This document shows, in pieces, positions 51,821 to 64,000 of a stretch of DNA of 64,000 nt (its first letter is position 1; every line of letters begins with the position of its first letter). The stretch covers positions 310,001 to 374,000 of the forward strand of contig LSRY02000045.1 in NCBI GenBank assembly GCA_001643675.2. The letters are read 5' to 3'. This stretch comes from Monocercomonoides exilis PA203 (taxonomy: Eukaryota > Protista > Preaxostyla). Position numbers and translations under genes: made by a program. A model generated the notes under the pieces. That model was given only the letters and a program-made list of their open reading frames with translations. It did not search any database and had not been told where the DNA came from.

Positions 51821-52813
51821 GGGCTATGATTTTATCTTAACCTTTTTCTTTATCTAGACCTTTTTCATTTTTGTCATGCTTTTAGTTTTACACAAGCCTG
51901 CGATAAATAAAAAATAACCAGAAATGTTTGAAATGTTTTTGTTTCCTTATTCTGTATTTTTTTCAATATTTCATTTTTTACAAAAAGATCGAGGATTATA
52001 ATAATTTTATGTTTTGATCATTGACTTGCTGCTATTCCAGCGAATATTTTTTATCGGAAGTCTTCAGCTTTCATATCATAATACATCGTTTATTTTTTTA
52101 TAAGTTGAACTTGTTTAAAACTTTCTCAACTTGTTTTTTAACACTTTTTCTTATTTCACACATATTTTCAAAAACACGATTTGAAGGACACATATGAATT
52201 TGTTTTGAAATATATTGAAATGATAAATAAGCATTATTAAAAAAACGATTCGTATATGTAAAAATTATTATTTGTTTGTATATGTTTGGTTATTTGAATT
52301 TCAAAAAATCATATATACTTGCTTTTCAGTTAAAATTCTTGAAAAGTTCTTTTTCATTTCAATGCTTAATACAAATAAACGATAATTAAGCCTTTGTGTA
52401 TTTTTTCATTAAAATAAAATTTGAAGCGAACACTTGTTTATATAAAAATCGTGTTTTAAGCAAAAACAGTGAAATGAGAAAAAAGGTCAAAAATATAATT
52501 GAAAATGTTGAAAACAAGTAAAAATTATAATATAGGAATGTGGAATGCTGATGTTGTGGCTTTAAACGTTCGGTTTGAAATAAACGCTTCACAGCCAGCA
52601 AGTCTTTGATCTGGGTCCTAAAATTATAAAAATTTAAATTATTTTTGAATATAATAATTTCAAAATTTTTTCAACAGAATTCTGAAAAACAAAAATATCA
52701 AGAAGTCAATTTATTTTGTTTTTATTTTTAGCCTTTTTCAAATCAAAAAGCAAAAATAAGTTTCAAAAAAAGGGTTGAGATAAAATTTTGAGGTCAAGAT
52801 AAAATTTGCACCC
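51821..52813. mobile_element. Mirror copy of MITE F
   Basis: TA|GGGCTATGATTTTATC ... GATAAAATTTGCACCC|TA. Confidence 0.65.
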
Positions 52814-53208
52814 TATTGAAAGTTTTTTCAGTTCGATTGGAAGTTTGTAGACCGAGAACAACATTTGGTGAAGATGAAATAAATGAATTCAAATAAAATA
52901 ATAGACGAACTATTTTAATTGAAATCGAAACATTACATTGGAAAATAATAAATCTTTTTGATTTGTATTAAAAATTGTTGTGAAAAATAAGTAATTTATT
53001 ATATTTTTGATATAGGTCTATTAATTATGTAAATAAGCCAAACACTTATTTAAGCAATAATGAATAGAAAAGAAAATATAACTCGCATTATGAAGTGAGT
53101 GCGATTGTCAAATCGCGCTATCAAAACAAAATATTTTACCAAAAAAGAAAAAAATAAAATTTTGAAATAAATACTTTTCAAACACTTTGTATATTTCTTT
53201 TATATTTT

Positions 53209-56200
53209 TTAAAGGTAACTGTTAGTATTCCAGCTGCATGCCTCAGATCCATTTACCGGATAATTTGAATATTCGATTCCTATTGCATCAGACATTGTCA
53301 GAATTGCTGTTCCTGGAGGAAACTTCTGGATAAACTCTCGTTTTAAATTTGAAAGAGTTGGTCTTTCGGTATGTTCTGCAGATAACATTGCTTTTGTTAT
53401 TTCAGAAAAGAAGTAAGACTAATTTTTTCCAAGTCTGGTCTTTCTCCATTCAAAATCTTTTGCCCTGCTGTAGCTGCTTCATATTCTCCAAAAGGAATCT
53501 CAAGAGTCAAACTTTCACAAAGCATCATTCCAATCGAGAATACAACAGATTTTTTTCGTTGCAGCCATCTTTTTATCGATAATCAATTCTGGAGCTTTCC
53601 ATCTTATGCATTCCCTCAAGTTGTCGTCATCATCTTCAAACGCAGAAGACATTGGCGGAGATTTTCCATTTTTTTCACTGACACACGTTAAGTCGGATGA
53701 TGAAGTTACTAATGTCGAAGAAGATGAAATGGAAGATGAATCAGAATCATCATCTGTGCAATCAGAATGAAGAGCAATTGTGATAACCATATGTTCTGAA
53801 AAGAGAACGATATGAGGGCTTAAATTGTCGAGAGATTGAAGAGGAACTTCCATTTCATCAAAGCAGTGAAGTGCACCATTTGCCACCCAGAACAGAATCT
53901 GAGCACCTGTCACCTCTCTCTCCTGAAGTGTGCCTATTGCCATCTCCTTTTTCTCATTCTTTCCATGAAGCAGCATGAATAAAGAATCCCTTAAATCGAC
54001 AATCAGTTTTTCATGTGGCGAAGAACATGCCATGACATCTACCAGATTTGACATAGAAGAAGTAGTTGGACACAAATCTTCCATTCGAACAAAGGTAGTT
54101 TCTGTGTCCGAAGAGTCAGTGCTTTGAGAAGATGGAGAGGAAGATCGTTTTTGTAATTCAATATCATCTTCTTCCTTTTCATCTTCCTTTTCAAGTACCC
54201 ATTCAGGGATTTTGTCTGAATCATGACCCAATATGTATTCTGTTGATCCACTCTCTGCAAGCAAATATTCAGATGATTCGGAATGTGCCATTTTCTTTGA
54301 ATACAAACCTAACTTTGTCTTCGCTTTATTAACTTTTTCTGCATCACTTTCTGCTTTTCGCCATTGTTCCTCAGGTGACATCTCCATAGTTACCATTTCA
54401 AATGCCTTCGGATCCTTCTTAACAGTATCTTCAACAATCTCTTTATATTTTTTGTTTCATTCTTAGCTTTTTCCAACGAACAGCTAGAATAATTGAAATA
54501 ATCAAAACAATTATAAACAACAAAACAAATACGACAATTATAATCATTGCCCATGAAGATATATTTCCATTTGAATTTCCTCCTTTTGAGATTCTTTCAT
54601 CATCTTTTGGTGTAGAAATACTTGTATTCTTCAGAATGAATGGCTGTGTTGACGAAGGAGATTCTTCATTCCCAAATAAAATATGCACACTCACCTCGAT
54701 TTCATCTCCACAATTGCTAATGAGATCTTTTGTCACACTTCCTTCAACTTCTATTTCCGATAAGAATCCATTTGAATCAAAATCATAATGTTCAATCTCT
54801 TTCTCTTCTCCCTTCTTCTTCACAACTGAGAATGACAAATTGCATGGAACAAGAAGCATTCCTTTGAATGTCAGCTTCATTCTGTTTGCTTCTTCTTTTG
54901 CTTCCACACTCTCCAGAACAGGAATGAAGAATGATGAATCTCTCTCAGAAACAATCCCTTCAAAACTGCACCCTTCATTCAACATCCAAAGTGAGGAGCT
55001 ATCTTTTACTCCATCTCCTCCTTTCAAACTCATCACATTCAATGTTCCTGAATCTGAGCAGATGATATTTCTTCTCAATGATGGATATCCTTCAATTGAT
55101 GGATTATTACTCAAAAATTCTCCTTTCTCAATATTCACATTTCCTCCCCTCATTGTTATTCCTCCATCTGATGTATTCGATATTGTTGAAACTTTCATCA
55201 TCACAGAACTTTTCACAATATCCATAAGAGATCCTGACCATCTGCACATCTCTTCCCCTTCATTCAAATTCTTCTCGTTTCTTTCCTTTGAATTTCCATT
55301 AAAAATGCAACTGTCCATTTTCACATCCAAACAATCCTCCAATTTCATCAATTTCCCTTTTGTTGTCTTTGAACCGACTCCACCAATTGTGCAATTTGAA
55401 AATTGAATTGTCTTTTTCATTGACAAGCAAGATATCAATAATTCTTCATTTCCCTCAACTGTGATATTTTCTGAATGAAACTTTTCCATGTTTAATTGTC
55501 CACATTCATTAATATCTATCAGAGAAGTTTTAGCTGTTGAATTGCTGATCTCAAACAAATAAATCACTGATGGAAGTGGTGATGAAAGAGACAATGCAGA
55601 TTTATGAAGAATGAGATTTGATATTGTGCATCCATCGAGTTGTAATTCTCCTTTTGCCATGTTGAAAATGTGAAATGGAATGTTTGCTAATTCTATACTT
55701 CCTTCTCCAGCCGATTGTTTTGAGTCAAATGAGCAATTTATTATCTCAAGAATTCCTCTTTCGGGTGACATCAATGATTCATGTGAAGAGATGAAATACG
55801 AATCAAACACAAAGCTGACTCTCACCAACGAGACTGTTTCTCTTGTTGTTATCAATGTCTCTCTTGTTTTTTCAATGTTTGATTTCACTTCAACTTTACA
55901 ATTTTCTCTGCTCTTCGAACTCAGACTCATCTCCTCCAGATTAATTTCTCTTCCAATCACACTCTCAGCGTCAACATACAATAGACTCACATATTCAGAT
56001 GTCAAATGCACCAGCCCATGCTCAATTGAATCACATGGAAGTGTGTTTGTTCCACATTGTCTGTCATTCGATCCAACCTCACTGCTCACAACAATTGTGT
56101 CACTCTGATGGATAGTCACAAATCCAATCAGATTTGCATCTTCTTTGTGTTCACAACTATCAATTCCATAGATTGCATTAATTCGTGAGTAATGATTCTC

Positions 56201-59200
56201 TCGAAGATCAAACTGAAATTGACTTTCATTGATCTGAGAAGAGATGTTGAAACATTCAATGAAAATGTCATTCCCCACTCTTGCTGTGTTTGAACTGAAT
56301 TTCATTCCAACAAATGTGAAATTCAATTCCCTCGTTCTTTTGTTGCCAGATACACCCCTCCTCCTTTCCCATTGGTGCAGCTGCATTGACTGACTTCGGA
56401 CTTAATCATCTTCATTGATCCAGATGCACCCAATGTGAAGAATATCGCCCCTCCTTTTTCACTTGATTCAGCTTTGTCTTCTGTGATGTTGCTCGAATTC
56501 ACAACCAAACAAATCTTATTCTCACTCTTTGACTCCAAAATGCTTGCTCCATTGTCACTTCTCTTCACTCCTGAAAATGACGAATTATCAATGTTGAGAC
56601 TCATTTCCTCGACTCCTTCATTTATCTTTGTTGTTAATTCAGTTCCTTTGATCAGAAGAAGACATTCTCTGCTTTCATTCAACGATTCCACTCGAACATT
56701 CACAAAATGGCAAGTAATTCCAGAATCATGAATGACAAAAATACTGTTTCCAACATTGCATGATTCCATCGACAGATCATTCACTTCCACATTGCCTCCA
56801 ATCACATCCACAAACACACAATCAAATCCATTGTTCACTCTTGCTTCTGAATGGAATGAACATTCACTTATCACCAATTCTCCATTTTTGTTGGAAATAA
56901 TTGTTTTGGCTGAGTTGTCAAATCCAGATGTTAGTTGAAGTTGGATGTTGAAAAATTCAAGACGAACATCGTTTTCCATGAAATATTCCAATTGATTTCC
57001 AATTGCCTTTTCAAAATTCAATATCGCTTTCACATTCTCTTCTCCCATCTTCACACTCTTTTTGATCTGATAATTGGACACATTGAATGAATCTCGAATG
57101 ATTGTTGATCCTTTAATCTGAATTGTTTTCTTTCCAATCTCCTTTTTCATGTTTTCCATCCCTTTCCACATTGTGAAGCATGGCTCTTCTTCACTTCCAC
57201 AACGTGCCACATCAAATCCTTCTGATGAGATAAATATCTCAGTTGAGCTGTATGGAATCAGAAACATGAACAAATCATTGTTTGAATGAAAGTTGTCACT
57301 CCCAACAAACAAATTGCTGTCATTTATCATGGGCAAGTAATTGAAGTGGAATGAATCATTTGTCACGGTCTTGTTCAGATCAGATGCAAAAATGAACGCA
57401 TTCTTTCCAATGGCTGCATTGTTATTCTTAAAAGTTACGTCAGCATCAAAAACAAATGGCTTCTCATTCAAACAATTTTGGCAATCCAAATACAGAAATC
57501 CTCCTTTTCCATTGCCTGATGAAAGTGAACACGATGATGCATTTGTTGATTTTATTTCCAGTTTTTCATTCCCTTGCAATATCACTTTTGCAACGCCTCC
57601 TTCTTCACCACTTCCAGTGTTCCTAATGTTTGAAAAGTTGCTGTTTTCGAACAAAACAGAAGAAGCCATTACCAGTGGTGAAATGGAAAATGAAAAATCT
57701 GTCAGACTACATCCTTTCAATATGCAACTTCCACTTATTGTGGATATCAATGAGTATTGAATGGTCGTTGATGATTGGATGCTAAATAAACAGCTTTCGA
57801 GTTTAAGAACCCCACTAGAAGAGATCAAGGAATTCATACTTGGTACAAATTGACTTGGAATCTGCAGCTTCAAAGAAAACAAGCTTAATGATACAGTTGA
57901 TGAAATAACAGATGAGGATGATGCAGAATCCCCATTGATTGTCCCTTCAAAATGAATTGTCCTGTGTTTATCATCATCTCCTTCATTCACACACCCATCA
58001 ATCGCAAGTGCATCTGTGAAAGAATAAATATCTTCAATTGTCCCTTCATCCCTCACTTTCACTTTCCTTTCTCCTTCCGTTCCACTTCTGTCAATGTGGC
58101 TTATTCCACTCCACATTGATTCACATGGATATCCATCGCTCCCACATCCCAATGTGTCATATCCATCCTTCGACACACACACCTCCATTCCCTTCATTTC
58201 AACAAGAAACAGCCCAAGATCAACACTCTCTGCAAAATAGTCTCTGTCAATCCCTTTCATATCAACTGCCATCCATTCTCCTTCTCCATTTTCATATTTG
58301 TATTCAAATCCAAACCTCTCCTTCGTCACTGTTTCATTCAGTTTCTTGCACGAAATGAACAAATCCCTTCCCTCAGTTGCAACATTGCCTTCGAATGTCA
58401 ATGTTGAAAGTGAAAAGTTATTCACACAATCATCACTCAAATCCAGATATATTCCTCCTCCTCTTCCTCCATTTCCATTCGCAGAGCATTTCAATATGGA
58501 TGATGGTCCAATTTCAAGCAAATCATTCAGCTTCATCTCACTCTTCAAACACCCTCCACTCACACTTTCTGTCTCGATATTCTCAAATCTGCTTTCTCCA
58601 TCAACCATCAAACTCGATCCTCCATTCGACGTTATCAGCGATCCTGCTCCCACAACACACCCCAATGCTGTCATGTTCCTCAATGTCACTTCAGATCCAC
58701 CATTTCCCACTATCACTCCTTCTCCGCTGGTCTCAATCCCATCCAATGAACAGTTCTCAAATATCACATTCCCTCCTCCAAATCTTGCAATTCCACATCC
58801 TTCAAATGTTATCCCATTCATTTCTGTTCTCTCTATTCGAATGACTCCTCCATTCCCAATCACTATCCACTTCCCACACTCATTCACATTTGAATTCCCA
58901 CCTCCTTTTGAAAACAAACAATCCAAAATGAAGCATTCACCAATCCTCACTTCCACAATCGATTCATCACCACTTGCACTTGCAGAGGAGGAGCATGGAA
59001 GCGAAATCTGAAGAAGTGACAAAGTCAAATGTGTTTGCCCATCTCCTTCTATCAATTCAAATTTCCCTCCCTCTTCAACAACCAGTTTTTTGTAACTTCA
59101 TTCCCTTTGATTGTCAGTCCTTTCCCACCTCTGTTGATAGTCTTGCTCACTGAAGCAGCACCAACAAGCATAATCCTCTCTATCTCATCGTTCAACCGAT

Positions 59201-62200
59201 CAAACCCAATATCAACAGACGAGCAAGGATTTTCTTTCGCTCCACAACTTGATAATCCGTTTCCAGTATTGCTCACAAACAAATCCGTTCCCAACCTTGG
59301 AAACAGATAATTGATCAGTGAGTCTTCTTTTCTTGCTTCAGATGACTCAAGCACCCACATCTTATTTTCTGCTGTGACTCTTGTGGCTGTCCCTTCCCAC
59401 AACGCTGGAAGAAGCATCGTCCATGGTGATCCGCACACCAAATACACATCTTCTCCTTTTTCTGCCACATTGTTCGTGAAAGTGTCATTCTTCATAGAAT
59501 ATTCTGCATTCGTTGTTTCAAATGTCAGATGCAACCCTCCTCCTTTTCCGGTTCTCTCTGAAACTGTGCATCCATTCATCTTGTTATCATCAAACAACAG
59601 TTTTCCTCCATCTCCCACAATCAGAACAACCCCTCCCCCAATTGCGCTCATTGACTCGCATCCGCATTCCTCAAACACGCATTTGTTAATATCCACACAC
59701 TTCCCGCTCCCCACTCTCCCATTCAACACCCCTCCATTCCCATTCACTCTCTGAATTGATTTGAATGTGCAGTTCCAGATTTTCGCATTAATCCCTTCTC
59801 CAATCTCAATCTCATTTCCATCATCAAAATGAGATTCATTCATCGTCGTGTTCTTAATCTCAATATCTCCTCCAGTTCTCAGCTCAAATAAGCTTCTTCC
59901 CTCATATTCTCTTGTCACATTCCTCACAATCACCTCATCAATCAATCCTCCAACCCCTGCTCCATCAAAAGTCACCATCCCTAATTTGGTCATTCGGATA
60001 TTTTCAAATTCACAATTTGCCAACTCCACTTTCCCTCCTTTCCCGCAAATCAATCCCACTCCAATACTTTCTGATTCTGCTCCAAATGAACATCCTTCAA
60101 ATCTCAATGTGCTTGAACTGCACAGAAATACATACTCCTTTCTTGATTCGGCAAATGTTGATATCGATAATGCCAATGATGAAAATGATATTGTTTGTTC
60201 GCTCTTTATCAAAAATTCATTTCCTTCCTCTCCTCCTTCGCTTATTCCAATCTTTGCCTTTTCAATATCTCCATCAATGTTCATTTCTTGAGTGTTGAGT
60301 GTCATTTCATCGAAAATAAAACTTCCATCGACAAGTTTCAGTGTTGCTGGCGACGTGTCAAAAACACTTGTTCCTGCATATGTCAATGTGGAGCATGCAA
60401 AGTCAGCATATCCGCATTTATGATAGTCCATCCCTCCATTTCCCCCATTCACATACCCAACACTCGGCTTCTCTCGAAAGAACACCACAACGGGGATCAA
60501 TTTCAACTCATTTCCATCTTCTGCTCCCATAAGATCTTTTATGTTGAATCCATCTCCTTCAGTCTCAAATGAGAAGTCGAATGAAACATTATTCACCAAT
60601 TGATACAAATATGTTCCTTCAACAAACATATTGTTTCCTCCATGTGCCGCTGTGTTTGCTCCCTCACCTCTTCCAAATGTCAATCCACTCATCACAAAGT
60701 CGCTTCCTCCTTCTTCGCATCTCAGCAACACTCCTCCTCCATATCCCCCAATTGATCCCTCACCTCCAGCCGAACATTTCTCAAATGATGTTACCACTCC
60801 ACTCTTCCCCAAACGCATTTCTCCTGTTCCCCTCAATATCACACTCATCCCTCCTCCACATCCCTTCAATGTTCCACATCCTTCAATCACAACATCATTC
60901 ACCTCAACAGCACATCCATTTCCAACTTCTCCACTCACAACACTCCCATTTCCTCCAAACTGCTCATCTTCATAATCGTGCAATTCCTCATCCCCAGCTT
61001 CTTTCCATTATCATCCCATATCAGTCCTTTTCCTCCCATCACACATTCTTGTGCTGTCACATTCACAATCGTCAATGAACTCGATGATGATGAATAATCA
61101 ATCAATCCCTTCATATTTGTTGTTTCCACACTCTCAAGCAACGAATCCTCAATCGAAGCACCCCCATTTCCATTAATAACAATGAATGCCTTCATTCCAA
61201 ATTTCACTTTTCTCTCACTCCCTCCACAACTCATCCGGATAATCTCCACATTCCCTCCACTTGCACTCGCAAACTCATAATTCACTGCATCCACTCCATT
61301 ACCCATCTTTATCCCACAATCAGCAAACCTCAATGTCCCTCCTGAAGAATGAACAAATGATGTATGTTCCCAAATCGATTCTCCCAATTCAAATAATATC
61401 CCTGTCAATGTTGATGAAACACTGTTCATCACCAATGCTTCTTGTGTTTTTGTTCCTGTTCCTCCAACTTTCAATCCAACATCTTTGTTGCTCGAATCAA
61501 TCTCATATGATTGTTCATCCAACTTCACTTCTTCAACAAATGAAAATGTGCTTGTCAGTCTGATCACTCTCTTTGAACTCGGAAACTGAACTTCTCCAAC
61601 ATTCCCAATTCCTATGCATGGGAAATCTTCATATCCACACAGCCTGAATTCACTTCCTAATTCTCTCCCACTCACATATGCTGGAGATGAAAATGTTCGA
61701 AGAAACACAACAAGTGGAACAATCAGCTCTGCCTTGTCTCTTTCTCTTCCACAAAGTTCATTCAAGTCTGCAACATTAATTCCAATTTCTGGATTGAATC
61801 CTATTGATGTGCTGTTGATGGCAGCCGATAAATCCGACGCTTCTACAAACAAATTCTTCCCTTTCCATGCATTGCACCCACTAAATGTCATGCTTTCCAA
61901 TGAAAATGTTCCCATTTGATTGACAAATTCAGCAAACATCCCTCCCCCAATTCCTCTCCCTCCATTCTCAATATCCTCTGATGGAACTTCACATCCTGAT
62001 AATTTCACTCCTTTCACCCTCAATGTTCCTCCGCTTCCAACTGATATCATCATCCCTCCCCCTTTCATTCCACTTCCACCTGTGCATCTTGATGAAAAAT
62101 TGCTTTCTTCAATTTTCACATTCCCATTATCCCCCATCCCAACATTCAAACATCCCCCTCCTCCATTTCCACCTGCAACTTCCACCTCCACTCCACTCAC

Positions 62201-64000
62201 TCTGCTGTTCTTCAATTCCAATTGAACTCCACTTGTCATCGTTATTGGAGATTTCCCATTCGTCTTCAATGAACTTTCCATCACAAATCCATCAACAATC
62301 AGATTCCCTCCTGCCATGCCAATGATGCTGTATCCGATCTTTCCATTGGTCAATGCCCCACTCTCAAATGAGACTGAACAGTTCGTCATACTGAGTGTTG
62401 ATGTTGAATGGATGAATGCACTTCTCCTTGATTTCAACTGACCTTTCACAACAAATGAAAGTCGGCTCATTGTCACTGAACTCGAACATCCAACAAGCCA
62501 ATCTTGTGTGGCTGATCCTCCATCACTCACATTCACCCCCATCCTCTCTCCATCGGATAACGCTATTCTGCCTGAAATTATCACACCAAATGATGATGGT
62601 CCTGTTATTTCCTTGGCAATTGAAGAAGATGAGACAATTTCAATTTCATTCACAGTGCTGCTCATTCTTGAGTTCGCACAATAATCAACTGTCAAACACC
62701 TGAATCCATCAAATCCACAATGACTGTGGTCCTTCCCATTTCCTCCACTCCCATCAACAAGCACTTTTGACCCCATTGTGCACAAATACACAAACAGTGG
62801 AATCACACCATTTTCTTCCCCATTTTCGCATCCACTCAATTTCAACACATCTGATGGAATGGTGCTTGCGTCAAAAAATGCAAATGAGCTGGCATTCACT
62901 TTTGAATCCAAAAACACTCCACTCCCACAACGAACAAACACATCCTTTCCATATGTTGCAACATTCCCATTCACTTTCGAAAACTTCACATCCTGCCCAA
63001 TTGTCAATCCACATCCTCCACTCTCCATCAACACAAACATCCCTCCTCCTCTCCCTCCATTCCCTCCATTATTCTCTGCCTTATTCCCATCAATCACACT
63101 CGTTCCACTCACAACCACTTTTCCGCTTCCCTTCAATCCAACATAGATTCCTCCTCCTTTTCCACCACCACAACTGCACCCATTCACATTGCATCCTTCA
63201 ACTGTCAACGTTCCACTCGACCCAACTGTTCCTTTCATCCATCCTCCATCTCCCTCATTCCTTTTGATTCCGCTGATATTGCATCCTGAACATATCACAC
63301 TCGTCATTCCTTCAGAAAATTCAATCGCTGAATGAGCTCCAAACACAAGTGCTCCACCAATCACAAATCGTTCCATTTTCAGACTCCCACCCTGCGCATT
63401 CACAATGCTGTATCCAAAGGCCACACTCGATGTGCTCTCTGATATATGAGCAACTGAGCAGTCTGTGAGTGTGAGTGATGAGCTTGTCAAAACAATGAGC
63501 GATGTTGCACTTGACAACAGAAATGGAATTTGGAATGCAATGTTCTTTATTGAGCTTGCACTCTGAACATTTATCAAACACGAAGATGTCATTCCACTCG
63601 GCACCCTCACATTCACATTTGTCTTGTTAATCCCACAATACACCTCCCATTCATATGACCCGGCCATCGACACAACCTCTCCCAGCTCAAACCCTGAATC
63701 CAACACAATGTTCTTCTTTGACGAACTGAATCTGTTCTGTGAAGCAAACGCGATCGTTTTGCATGGAAAATACCCAAACCCACAAAACCACGAGTCATAT
63801 CCTCCATACCCATTCACCTTATTCCCCACATGTGCTGCTCCTGAAAATGTGTCAAAAAACACATTCAATGGGAATATTCCCATCCCTCCCTCATTCCGAT
63901 CATATCCCATCAACTCATCATAAATAGATCCATTGTGTCCAACATTCAGCTTTGTGGTTGTTATTGTCCCACTCACCAGCCTGCTCCCATTCACAAACAC
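53209..64000 (-). CDS. Second copy of the giant receptor (5' end outside window; broken by 1-nt homopolymer indels as assembled)
   Basis: ORFs 60935..64000, 59052..60983, 56323..59055, 54443..56386 and 53515..54396 tile the left-copy protein. Breaks near 60950, 59090, 56330, 54470, 54450 and 53550 are all single-base run-length differences; stop TAA at 53211-53209. Confidence 0.85.

Larger units (their letters stand above)
43186..64000 (-). repeat. Right arm of giant inverted duplication (homology continues to the window edge)
   Basis: Position 64000 pairs with 4862 (GTGTTTGTGAATGGGAGCAGG); all genes and transposons of the left arm recur in mirror order. Confidence 0.98.

Noticed and set aside
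4862-64000. Whole structure as one giant transposon or Polinton/virus with 21-kb TIRs
   Set aside because: No DNA polymerase B, packaging ATPase, capsid or intact integrase in the spacer; the arms consist of a host-type gene and ordinary transposons.

Overview
Eukaryotic (protist-type) DNA. Short GT-AG introns, the standard genetic code and giant Gly/Cys-rich receptor-like proteins suggest an oxymonad such as Monocercomonoides; this is inference from gene style, not a database result. The window is dominated by one giant inverted duplication: left arm 4862-25739, right arm 43186-64000 (runs off the window), with a 17.4-kb spacer. Each arm carries (i) a ~4,437-aa single-pass receptor with nine ectodomain repeat units and a degenerate tyrosine-kinase-like C-lobe, the two copies convergent, (ii) a nest of DNA transposons (pogo/Fot1-like DD35D element inside another pogo element inside a MITE, plus three more MITEs), and (iii) the 5' part of a hAT remnant. 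The left arm ends exactly where a DIRS-type retrotransposon is cut off inside its tyrosine recombinase gene. The spacer holds that DIRS, two parts of a hAT transposase, an older inverted paralog pair, and, across the symmetry axis, a pseudogene copy of one receptor ectodomain repeat. By eye the arms differ almost only by homopolymer indels, except for clustered substitution patches in the receptor ectodomain. The best candidate for an undescribed system is a palindrome-borne surface receptor pair diversified by segmental gene conversion; this is a hypothesis that needs reads and paralog alignments.
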